Positions 13,985 through 26,000 of a DNA stretch of 64,000 nt are shown in pieces (within the stretch, counting starts at the first letter, position 1; each line of letters starts with the position of its first letter). Origin of the DNA: Lama guanicoe (Eukaryota). The DNA lies in assembly GCA_013239625.1 (NCBI GenBank), contig MU054925.1, positions 33,521,538 through 33,585,537 on the forward strand, read 5' to 3'. Both the position numbers and the translations under genes were made by a program. Below the pieces are notes generated by a model, which was given only the letters and a program-made list of their open reading frames with translations, did not search any database and was not told the origin of the DNA.

Positions 13985-14800
13985 CAGTCACTGGGGCATG
14001 AACATTAAAGCACAATGCGCACACCCACCAGAATGTAAATCCTGAAAACTAGGACACCAAATACTGCCAACAACAACATGGAGCACCGGGAACTCTCCCA
14101 CCCGTGTGACTGCAGAGTGGTGCACCCACTTTGGCGGAAACACTGGCCTCTGCTTATAAAGTTAAACATATACCCACCCTCTGATCCAGTAATTCCACTT
14201 GTAGGTTTACTCAAGAGAAATGAAAACGCTTGTCTTCAAAAAGACATGTGTAAGACTATTCACAGCAGCACAAAGCTGGAGACAACAGAGGTGCCTGTCA
14301 ACAGGTGAGCTCATAAAGGTGCGGGCGGCTCATAAGGTAGCCCAGCGCTGAGGAGGCGGCCATGGACGCACATGGCTGGGTGAGTGGTGCTTGCACGGAG
14401 CGGGGGCGGGGGCGGCGCATCCCGCATAGGAGGGTACCCTGCTCGGTAGGGGGGGGTGCATCCCGCACGGCGGGGGGCATCCTGCACTGGGAGGGGCATC
14501 CTGCACTGGGAGGGGCATCCCACAGCCACTAAAACGGAGTAGATCTGAGGGTCTGAACATACGGGAGGCTCAAGGCCTTGTGAAGTGGGGCACACACTGC
14601 AGAAGAGCAGGTGTGGTGCAGCCCCACCGTGAAATTTGAAAACAAACGTTTAAACAATAATACTAATACATTAATATGGGTGTTACTATAGATCTGTGTG
14701 GAAAAGCCAGGTGAATATGCACCAGCCATGTGCAACATCAGAAAGAGGGGGAGACTCACTCTCTCGGAAAGCACCTAAGAAACGCTGGAATGTTTCGGAA
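13985..14800 (+). mobile_element. Old L1 (L1M), 3' continuation after the Tigger1 insertion
   Basis: Resumes the L1 ORF2 end/3'UTR (GGAACTCTC..., GATCCAGTAATTCCACTTGTAGGTTTACTCAAGAGAAATGAAAAC). Confidence 0.75.
14405..14522. repeat. GC-rich minisatellite, ~19-bp unit CATCCTGCACTGGGAGGGG
   Basis: Two perfect adjacent copies near 14478-14515, preceded by 2-3 degenerate copies. Confidence 0.8.
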
Positions 14801-17800
14801 ACTCTGACTCAGAAAAAAAGTTTAAAAACAAACTGGACATGTGAAAACGCATACACTAAGGAAAAAGACTTCGAAAAAACATCTCCTTCCCCAGGGCCTG
14901 ACTCAGACCCGCACCTCCACACCAACCCCTCGGGCCGGGCCCCTCAGGGAAGGCAGGCAGCTCCGAGCACACGCACGGAGCGCTGTGTCCGGAGGAGGGG
15001 AGCCTTCCTGGGCCTGGGCCAGAATGCCACGGCCCAGGCCTCCCAACCCCAGTCCCGGTGTCCCAGGAGACAGGAGGCCGGCTTTCACACCAGCACGGGG
15101 ACCACGCTGCTGCCAGAAGGGGGCCCTCCTGAGCCCGAAGGCGTCTCTGCCCCGCACTGCTGGGCTGTTTTGGGAGGCTTAGGGCTGCTACCAAAGAGCC
15201 TTTCTTTTCTGAGACTTTTGCTTTTACTCAAATATACGTGACTATAATTCAGGACAAGAACAACTTCTCAGGAAGAAATGCTAAGAGGCCACAGGAGGAC
15301 GTAAACTTCGCCGAGACTAAGCAACTCTGAGACAGAATGGGTCTCCATCAAAGTTGAAAATGGGGAGAGAATGGACCTGGGCACTCACTCCAGAGCTACG
15401 TAAAAATAAACAGCTTTTGCCAAGTCCCGGTGACTGCTGGAGGCACTGAGAACCCCCCCCCCCAATAACATCGCTCGGGGCCACCACCAGCTGTAGCTGC
15501 CGGGGGAGGCACACTCCATTCAGAGACTCTTGGACCCACATATCCTGGAGCTCGGAACTGCACAAACAAAAGGTTAGGGGAAGGGGGCTGGAGTAGAGGG
15601 AATAAAGGCCTAAAGATTAAAGTCACAGGCAGAGACAGACGGCTCCGTTTTTTAATAACTGAAAACACGAGCTGGGTCTGAATGTGCTCATTGTTTGGCG
15701 GAGGGGGCAGTCTATGCAGGCAGGACTGGCTGGCGACAGGGCTGCCTTCCCATCAGAAATGAGATTTACCAACGGGGAGGAGGCCGGAGCTGCACTCAGT
15801 GAGGGTGGCGTGGGCGCGGCAGCCAGGTGGGCCGTGGGGAGAGGGGCTGGAGGAGGACGCAGAGACGCAGGCTCCCTCACGCTGGCTCAGGAGGGCAGCC
15901 TGTACCACCTTCTAAGACACCCGGCAGTTTGGATCAGAGGAGTGAAAACGCACATGCCTTTTGGCACTGTGGCCCCACTTCCAGTGCTCCGGCCCTGAAA
16001 TAACCCACCTGAGGCCAACCCTGATGCACAGAGATATTCTGCACAGCATCATTTACAAGAGCAAGTAATCAGAAACAACATAGGGCTGCAGAGAACAAAG
16101 GTCACGCACGTCCACCTGCCTGACAGCAAAGGGGACAAACGTAGCTCACACAAACAGAACCACGGGGCAAGCGCAGAGAAGGAGTCACAGCAGCAGAAAC
16201 GGGTTTGCCCGAAAAATGAGGCCAGAGCTGGGCTGCTTTTTCTTAACCCTGTGGGGGTCCACACTCGTCCTGGAGGGGCCACAATATAACACCGCCCGCC
16301 ACTAGCCATACGGCAGCTGCTCCCTGTGCGCACCTGCTGAGTGTGCGCACCACGCCAGGCTCACGGCCGCTCTCCCAGCGTCCTCGTGGCAGCCCCACGA
16401 GACTGGTCCTGCCTTAGTCTACAGATAAGGAACCCAGACTCCAGGGGTCACCAGCGCCGGGAAGGCAGGCAGAGGCTTTAAGCACAGGTTTTCTCTGAGC
16501 CGAAGCGCGTGTGCTCCCCTCAACACCACACGCTCAAAGAAACTGCGCAGTCCTTCGATGGAACTCCCACAGGCATGAAAAGACTACGTTCAGGGAAACT
16601 GATTAATGGTGTGGGGGAAATGCTTAGGGTATAGAGTTAAATTTTTAAAAGCCGCAGAATAAAGTACATAAAATATATCATTTCAACCATGTAAACCAGA
16701 TGATCATTTTCTTCCTTATAGTTTCGCCCATTATTCAAATTTTCCAGAATAGGTCTGTATTAGTTTTATAATCAGAAAAAAAAAGACTTTGTATTTAAAA
16801 ACTATATAAAGGGCCACTGTGTTCTGGTACCACGGCACACATCCCACCCATGTGCACACCAACTCACTTCTGCTTTCCATAAAAATTCTACGTACGCAGT
16901 GGAATCAGAAGATACACACGCAAAGGAACATCTGTGCGTCCACTGTTCTGTTCACCATGAAGGAACAGTGCCATTTGCCCAGAACTTGGTGTTTACAAGC
17001 CATCTGGGGTTACGTATGTCAGAAGACAGTTACCGTAAATGAGCCGTTTCCTTCTCTCCTCCTCGGGCACACACTCGCACACAGCGAGGCACAGGCGTTC
17101 TTTCTCAGGCCCTCCTCCCGGCTGCAGCCTGCAGCACGGAGCGCCCTGTCGGGAGGGCGGCCCACATTCCGGAAAGGAAGAGAGGACAACTCCCAACCCG
17201 GGCAGCCCCTCACCCCAGCGCAGACGGGCCAGAGTCCCCTCCTGAAGGCCTGGTGTCCAAACACCTCCTGGCACAGCTACGTAACTTCTGCTGGGGAGAA
17301 GTGCCAGAGCCTCCCCCAGCCTCTGGAAGGGCTCTCCGGCCACTGATCTAGACGAGCCAGGCCAGACCCCACAGCAAGTCTTCACGGCAGAGCCCATGGC
17401 TTTACCTCTGCCCGAACCTCAGCCTGCCTTCCGGGTAAACAGAGGTTAGGCCACCTTCGAGAGCCGACCCTGTGCCCGAGAGGCACCTGTATCCCCATCA
17501 TGGGGACGATGTCACACAGCCAGGACCCGCCTGTGCCCAACAGGCCCACGCCCCACCAGACAGAACAGATCTCACAGACGGCAGCGGCTCCAAGTTGGAC
17601 TTTGAAATGTTCTTTTTTCTGCTGGCCGCCAAACACTGTGCTCAGCAACAAGACACAGGCTTGGTTTCCTATTATGAGACAAAAGGACGACAATTTCCCA
17701 AGAGCTTTCAAATTATTTCTTTCAAATGGGCCTCTCCCTCACCATGGAGCCAAGCACCTCTCTGGGAGCTAGCCTCCAGCACCACCGGGCAGCGGAGAGT

Positions 17801-19435
17801 CAGCTGTGTTTTGGTTATCTGAAAGAAGGAAAAAAATATTTTAAATGCTTTAATAGTTAAACAAATGAAAGGAAGGCAGGTTTCTTTCATGTTTCCTCAA
17901 CTCCAAAAGCCACAGAACAGCCTGGCCCCTAAATTTTAAAATTAGTTTAGATTGAAGGAAAAATCCCCGACGCCAGCAGGCTTCAAGCAAAGATTGTGTG
18001 ACAGGGGAATCCAGTGCTGCTCCTGGAAGAGCCCCTCAGAGAAGCAGTGGCGGGCGCAGGCGTCAGCTGGCCGCTGTCTGCCGCGTGGAGAAGAGGCGAC
18101 AGCGTCCCAGCCAGAGCCACGCTGTCGCTTCTACGTAATTGCGGGGAGGGGAGGACTATTAATAGTGTTCATTACAGAAATTTTGGAAAATAACCTGGGG
18201 AAAGAAAAACCCTGGGAAAATGCCTCCTTTATACGTGAAAACTAAAAGTCAACTACATCCCCATCCCCTCGAGTCAGCTGTTCACACCTCACATCTTTCT
18301 AGTGTTCTCCCTACACCTGAGGATCTGGGGCGTTACTAAACTAGGCTGAAGTGGATTCCTTACCCTGATTTTTCACTTAACATTATACTTGTGATTTTTC
18401 GTGTTTTAAAATTTCTTCCTAAACATCGTTTTCAGGAAGAGCAGCACAAAGTGCCTTGATTTGTTCATTTCAGTGGCTTCCGATGTCTTGCTACTATCAG
18501 TGATGCTGAGAACATCTCTGTGCATAAAGCTCTGGCTCATTTTGATAATTTCCTAGAAGATGAATTACGAAATCATGAAAAGAATTTATTTGAGGCTTTA
18601 GAGAGGTTTTCCACAATTAGTCCCCAGCAAGGCCGGGCCAAGCCAAAGTTTTCAAGTTTGTGCTGTTAAACCAGCTGTCCCTCTCCCACTGGCCTGCCGT
18701 CCCTGCTGCCCCAAAGGTATGCGAAGTGCAGATGCCCTGCGAGGCCACTGCCAGCCTGCAGGGGAAGAGAGCAGTGGCCACAGGTGCTGCCCGGGAGGGA
18801 AGGGCAGGAGGGCAGGGGAGGTGTGCGGGGCGGCCCTGCGGGGCTCAGAGCAGCCGTGCACCCCACAGACCGGTCCACACAGAGCCCAGCTGCCGGCACC
18901 CCGGCCCAGCCCCACCTGGACAGCGCCTGTCCCCTCTCCCCACCCTCCCGTCCAGAGGAGAAACCGTGACAGCAGATCCCTTCTTCCTTTGGGGAAATGG
19001 CTTTGGAGTCAGACAAACTCCGTTAAGCTCTCAGCCCACTAGTTCCGGTGACGTCCCCTTGCTGTGAGGAGTAACGGGGGTGTTGTGGGGTGGTGTAAGG
19101 CGTGTGAAGCCCTGGTGGCTGGGACCAGACAAGGACATGAATGCCTTTCACAGTCATCATCATCATCTAAATGACCAGGTGAAAACCTCCAAGGGAGATA
19201 GTAAGTGACCCAGGCTAGGGGCAGAGGGGGCCCCCGGCAGCACAGCAGCTCTGTCACAGCCCAGGACCCCCACGTGCTGTGGGCACCCCCAGCACAGGGG
19301 ACTGGAGGCCAGCCTCCTCCGCTTCCCTTTTGGAGGCTGCTCTCTCTGGAGGGGACCCCTGGCCAGGAAACAGGACCTGGCAGGTCCCCTGCACGACAGC
19401 CCCAGATGCTCCTTATGGGAAAATTCATCTCATTT

Positions 19436-19955
19436 TATGCAGCGACTCCACTTGTAGGTACATCCCCGAAGTGCACACTTGTTCACAGCAGTGTGCTCAC
19501 AGCAGGCAAAGGTGGAAACACCCAAGTGTCCATCCTCAGTGAACGGACAAATAAGACGCCGTCTATACACACAATGGGATATTAGTCAGCCTTCAAAAGG
19601 AAGGAAATTTTCACAAATGCTACAACATGGATACACCTTGAAGCCTTTCTGCTCAGTGCAGTCAGCCAGGATCAAAGGACAAGTCCCGCGTGACTCTTGC
19701 CCTGTGACATCCCTGGGGAGGCAGATCCAGATGCAGAAGGCAGGATGGCGGCTTCCAGGGGCTCAAGGAGGGGCGGACAGGGAGTCAGTGCTTAGCGGGG
19801 ACAAGAGTTTCAGCCTGAGGTGACGGAAGAGTTTTGGAAGTAGATGGTGGTGACGGTGGCACAACACTGCGGATGTATTTAATGTTACTGAATTCTACAC
19901 TTAAAATGGTGACAATGGTGAATTTCATGTCAGGTATATTTCACACAATAAAAAT
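19436..19955 (+). mobile_element. L1MB-type 3' end
   Basis: GGAAACACCCAAGTGTCCATC...GCTACAACATGGAT...GATGGTGGTGACGGT...ACACTTAAAATGGT...CACAATAAAAA. Confidence 0.85.
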
Positions 19956-21169
19956 CTAGAAGGACGCTTTGTATGGCTGCCATCAAGGGAAACAGTGGTG
20001 TGCCCAAGTGAGAAGGCACTGCAGAAAGAATAAAGACTAAGTGATGCTGCTCTGCCTTCTGCGGCTGCTCGTTCCTTCCTGGTGGTGGAGAGAGCCGGCT
20101 GTGCTTGGAGGGCCAGCACCACGTCCCGTGCCCTGACGGTGGTCAGCGGGCTGCAGGGGACTGAGCGGGGCCAGGGCCATCCTCCCACCAGCCGCACCCA
20201 CTGTGGCCGTAATGGCCTCTGGGAGCCCCACCCCTCACCCGGCCCACCCCAGGGCTCCACCCATGCCCACTGGGGGGCCTCGCTCCCCCTAGACCCACAC
20301 ATGAGGGAGGCCATCCAGGGGCAGAGGCCATCCTTCCCAGCCAACAGCCTTCATCCAACCCCGGGTGAGGTGTGCTGAGGCCAGCAGGTGGGAGAGGCTG
20401 GAGGGACCAGGAGCCCAGGAAGCAGGGCAGTGCCTCCAGACTCAGACCAGGCTGCCCGCTGCTGGCAACCTACTCGCTTGCACAGTTAAAATGTACAAGG
20501 ATGTTTGGAAACAGTCAATTAGATGTGATTCTGTGCAATAACACCACAGGTCCGGGTGGAACGCATTAGCTATGCATTCCAAATACCTGATTCCAGGGCC
20601 CGGTCTGCGAGGCAGACATTCCCGCCACCCAGCACAAAGGGTCAGCAACAGCGAGGCTGCCAAACTTTTGCCAGGGGACCACGTGGCAGCTCGCCAGGAA
20701 CCCGAGAGCTATACCTGATTGGCATGAAACAAACTCCGACAGGCCCCCTTCATCTGCCCCACAACAGAAGGGCCCCTAGGCTGCCTGCCAGGCCTCGCCC
20801 CTCCCCACACCCACACCTCAGCCCACTCTGCCCTAAGCACCCTCTGCCCTCCCCTCCCCAGCTAAATGGGAGCTGCTCGTCCAGCGTCCACTTCCTAACC
20901 TGGCTTCCCCCTCCCTCCCTCCCAGTCCTGCCTCAGCTCCCTGACCGAGGGCCTCTCCCTCCACCCCATGACGCAGGCTGAACTCTGTGAACCACAGACC
21001 TTCACTTCCCCACTCACGGCCCGCCACCTCCAGGACACAGTCTAAACATTTTGGCCCAAGACACAAACCCCTTTGTGACCTGTGTCCCCTGCTTTAGCAG
21101 CCGCTCACACCTGTGACCTGATCACATGAGTCTCTGAAAGGCCCAAACCCACCCAATCCTTTGTGCTCC

Positions 21170-21520
21170 TGCGCCCCTGCCCAGTCCACACCCTTCTCCT
21201 GGAACTCGGCCATCTCCCATTTGTCACCAGGCAGACTCCAACTCATTCTTCAGGACCCTACATAAAGTCACCCCCTCCAGGAAGCCTTCCTTGACTCTCC
21301 TGCCTGATTTGAACTCCTATAGCACTTCTCTTGGTCCTTGACTATTAGTACATCTGTCTCACAGTCAGCACATTTGCTTTACAAGTCCATCCTTTATCCT
21401 CCAATGCAAAGAACATGAGTCCTACAGAGCAAGGCCACCCCTCATCAGCCGGGCACTTCTCAGGGTCTCACCTTCAGGATGCTTGCTCTCGGCAGGTGCT
21501 AAATGAACACTTGTCTAAAA
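21170..21520 (+). mobile_element. L2 LINE 3' fragment
   Basis: ACTCATTCTTCAGGAC...GTCACCCCCTCCAGGAAGCCTTCCTTGACT, matching the L2 3' core. Confidence 0.6.
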
Positions 21521-22199
21521 GACAATGACACCCACCCTTCACTGCATTGGCCTGTTCACTAAGTAATAATGAAGATTTCTTCTTCATGACCAATAGAAAC
21601 TGACTAATTTCAAGCAAAAAGGAGGATTTACAAGAAGAATCCTGGGTCCCGCACAGCAGGTGGCAGCCTTCTCTGCCCTTGCTGTTTCCCTCAAATGCCG
21701 ACCCGTGTGTCTGCCTCTTCTTCCTGAGTCTCCAGTCCCCAGAGAAGAATGCCTGTTCAGCCTGTCTCAGTGCAGGTATCTCTCCCTGGACCAGTTCAGG
21801 ATGGATGGGGTTGGGGGTGGGCAGGGTCACAGAGCTCAAACGTGGTCCCTGGGCGCCCGCCCCGGCAAAGCAGAGTGTTCAGACATGGGGGCTTGTTGCT
21901 GGCTGTCACCCTTCCAGCTGGTGCCGACAGCATCTCACATTTGTGTTCAAGCTCTGCATCTCAAGGTCATAGCAACGTCACACTGAAACAGTGGAGGCAA
22001 AGATGCTCTGTCTGCAGGCTTCGTGGGGTGTGCCATGGAGATCACATGGTCAGGTGGGCAGGAAAGGGAAGAACAGTGGTGTCTCAGGGGCTGGAAACCA
22101 GCACCCTCCCCACTTGTCAACGGCAATCTATTATCATCACCTTGTCCCCAGACTCTTGGGGCAACTGTGTTTCAGAATTCAGAACTTTTTACAAGTACT

Positions 22200-23060
22200 T
22201 CAGACTAAGACATACAGATCAAGGGAGTAGAACCGAGCTGCAGGCTGAGACTCTCACGTTTACAGTCAACTGATTTTCAGCAAGAGCGACAACACAACTT
22301 TATGGGGGAAAGAGCCATCTTNNNNNNNNNNNNNNNNNNNNNNNNNNNNNNNNNNNNNNNNNNNNNNNNNNNNNNNNNNNNNNNNNNNNNNNNNNNNNNN
22401 NNNNNNNNNNNNNNNNNNNNNNNNNNNNNNNNNNNNNNNNNNNNNNNNNNNNNNNNNNNNNNNNNNNNNNNNNNNNNNNNNNNNNNNNNNNNNNNNNNNN
22501 NNNNNNNNNNNNNNNNNNNNNNNNNNNNNNNNNNNNNNNNNNNNNNNNNNNNNNNNNNNNNNNNNNNNNNNNNNNNNNNNNNNNNNNNNNNNNNNNNNNN
22601 NNNNNNNNNNNNNNNNNNNNNNNNNNNNNNNNNNNNNNNNNNNNNNNNNNNTATATTAAAAGCTCTTGTGACTCGACAATAAAAAGACAAATAACCCGAT
22701 TTAAAAATGAGCAAAGAGCTGAACAGACACTTCTCCAAAGAAGGTACATTAAAGGCCACATGAAAATGCGCCCACATCACCAGCCATCGGAGAAATGCAA
22801 ATCAAAACCACAGTGAGATACTGTATCATACACACCAGCACAGGACAATCAAACGAACAGACGACAACAACAGGGAACAACAGGGTGGGAGGGCATGGAG
22901 AAATCAGACCCCTTGCCACTGCTGGTGGGGACGTGAAGCAAAAGCAGTCCAGCAGGTCCGCAAAAGGCCGGCAGCGCCACCCTGTGACCCAGCAACCCAC
23001 TCCTGGGTATAAACCCAAGAGAATGAACACACACGTCCACAGCCAGAGCAGAGGGCATGT
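22200..23060 (+). mobile_element. Old L1 (L1M) ORF2 3' fragment spanning the N gap 22322-22651
   Basis: CAACTGATTTTC..., GAACAGACACTTCTCCAAAGAAG, GAAATGCAAATCAAAACCACAGTGAGATAC, CCCAGCAACCCACTCCTGGGTATAAACCCAAGAGAATG. Confidence 0.85.
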
Positions 23061-26000
23061 CCTCACAGTCACACTGAGCCCTCGGAGGGCAGGCCCGCCC
23101 CCTGCCCCGGCCAGCTCCCAGCCAACCAGCGCCCAGAGACGAAGAACAGAAAGCGCCCGTGTCCGGTCAGTCGGCGGACACTTGAGGCGCCCGCAGGCTT
23201 CCCTCCCGCAGTCTTACAGACTGGCGAAGTGGAGCGGAGGGAGGAACAACACATTAACTGAGGACCTGCTATGTGCCAGGTGCTGTGTGTGCAGCAGTCC
23301 TCACGAGGACACAGGAAGATACAGCGTTGTCACCCTGTTTAGAGACACAGACACAGGCGCAGAGGCGAGCATCTCGTTCCAGGTCACGTTTCTAAGAGAC
23401 ACGGTAAGAAGTAAAACTCTAAGAGCCTCCCTGGGCAAGGGATGATCGTCTCTGGCAGGAAAGTGCAAGAGAAGAGCCACAGCGTCACCAGAAGCAGAAG
23501 TCACCGGGTGGGGCACCAGCAGTGCGTGCCAGCCACGCCGGCCACGTTCACAGGAGGCCAGCACAGCCTCACGGTTAAGACCACGGGCCCTGGAGCCACG
23601 GTGTGGCATCAAATGTCTACCTCACCATATGAGCCATCGGCCCTCGGCAAGGGCTGGCTTCAGCCCCTGGGGGATGGGGCCTGTGTCCAACTCCCTGGGG
23701 TTATCAGGCTTAGATGAGGTGAGCAGTCTCAGGACTTACGCTGGTGCCTGACACAGAGCCAGGAAAGCAGACTTGCTGCTGGAGCCCGCCTTCTCAGAGC
23801 CTCTCGCAGGTCGGTGTCAGGAGCACCATCTCGACTCACAATAGCCCTGGAGCTTGGGAAGGTTAAATAAATCGCCTGAGGTCACTCTTGGACTAGAATT
23901 CAGGCCTGGCTGGCGGCACTCCAAAGAAGGTCACGACCTCAGAGCACAGACCAAGGGGACGTGGAGAGAGAGGCTTTGGCCGCTCCCGCTCGCCCGCAAG
24001 GCCCCCGAGCCGTGGCTCCTTCCTCCCAGGAGGGGCTGGGGCGGCCCGGGAGCCGGAGCAGGGCCACAGCGCTGCCCCCCACGGTGGTGGTGGGGGCGTG
24101 GGCGGGGCGTCCGCACAGGCCCGGAGGGAGGACCCAGGTCCCAGCACAGGTCCTGGCGCCTGCATGCACACATGCAGCAGGTGGAAGAGCCACGGCCCCG
24201 CAGTGCTGAGTGCAGTCTGGGGGAGGGGCGGGGGCGGCCATGGCTGAGAGCGAGGCTCAGCCGTCACAGCCCATGTGGACACACCTCCAAAACACAGTGT
24301 AAGTGAGACTCGGTGTGTCAGAGGGCGGGAAGCAGACGGGCTCTTCACCGTGAGTGCATCTTTCCTGGCTGGGTGCATTTTTCTACTGTGGGTTTACATT
24401 ACCTAAAGAGAAATCTAATACTTTTCATGCAAATCCTGGGTGAGTCCCTTTCCCATAGTTGTGGGTACTTGCTGAGTCACCTTTTCACCTATTGAAAAAA
24501 ACCAAAAAAACAAAAAAAGCACAAAGTTCCCTCCAGAAGTCTTGGAGGGATTAACTGAGATAATGGAGAGCGACAGGGACCCAGAACCCAGCCTTACCAT
24601 CGTGGCTGCGGTCCATGAGCCCAGCCGGCACGCTCTCCCGCTAAGACAAGCAAACGAGACTGAACAAGGCCAAGCCCACGGCGCTCGTGTGTCCCTTCTC
24701 AGCCCTCGTGCTCAAGGTGGGGAGACCCAGCCTGTGAGTGACGAGGAGCCTGCCTCCCAGCCAGTCGGGCGTCTGCAAGGATCAGCCGGCCTGGGGGGCA
24801 GCTTCTCCACCAAGAGAGACCTTCAGAGCAGAGATGCTTCAGACTCCCTATCGCGGCCTCCACCAGCTACTGTCAAGTTCTACTTCCATTTTACATCGAG
24901 GGTCCTTTTTTCTTTTGTTTTGTTTTGTGTGTGCGTTTTTTTCCTTCTAAATCTGGAATCAGGGTGGAGGCTGGCAGGATCCCCTGAGAACTAAGGATCA
25001 CGGCTGGAAACACAGGAAAGTGCTCAGAAGGCCACCCATTTGCCAAGCACATGTGATAGCTCAGAAGAATGTCGGCTGGGCCGTGAGTCTTCACGGAGGA
25101 CAGTAAACAGTGACTCAGAGAGCTCTCCGCACATAGAAGGGGTTTGGCAATGGGAGCAATGAGAGTTATTCTCCGAGTATGTTATCCTTCATCTGCAGTG
25201 GGAAGGCGGCTGCACAGGATGGAAAAGGCCCCATAGGAAACCCTGGAGGCCCTCTGCCAGGGAGCCAAGCCACACGGCCACACGGCCACTCACGCCCAGG
25301 CTGCATCCCCATGTCACCTGCCCAAAGGACGTGGTCAGCTGGCCACATGTTCCGGGCCATGTCCCGAAGTGCCCCACGAACAGCCACGGGTACAGACTCT
25401 CAAGGGGAGCTCAGGTCCCAGCAAGAGGAAGAATGAGCTTCTTCCAAGCTGCTCAGGTCCCCAAAGTCCCCACTGGCACACAGTCAAGCCAACACTTCTG
25501 GAAGGAAAGGCTTTCCGTAGCAAATACAGAAATAAAGGCCTCGTCCACTGTATGAGCTGTTCTTTTCTTACTTTTCATTTTTAACTCACATGTGATTTTC
25601 AAAGACTAAAACTTCCTGCTGTACCAGTGTCCCCGCCTCTGGGAGATGAGCAGCAGCACCCAGAACTCTGCCCAGCCAGGCCCCCGGGCGTCCTGCACAT
25701 GCTCGCATCTCCCACTCCGCTTGGGGGACAGCGGGCACCGCGTGCCTGTCACCCACCGCATCAGCTCCTCACGCGGCTGTTCACACGCATTCACGACTCT
25801 TAAAGGCCTTCCTCTTCCCCCTTTAAAGACAAGCAAACAGTATGAAGTCACCCCCACCTCAGGACTGCACAGCCACTGTATGCAGAGCTGAATGCCCCAC
25901 AGTAAAGATACACATGGTGCCTGAATGCTGCCTGCAGGCAGAAAGCAGGTGCATGGGCTGTGGCTTTGGAGAGGAGAAGGAGTCTGTCAAGGAGCAGCAG

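Noticed and set aside
21650-21668. CTCF-like CACAGCAGGTGGCAGC
   Set aside because: Single imperfect match in GC-rich DNA, at chance level without ChIP or conservation data.
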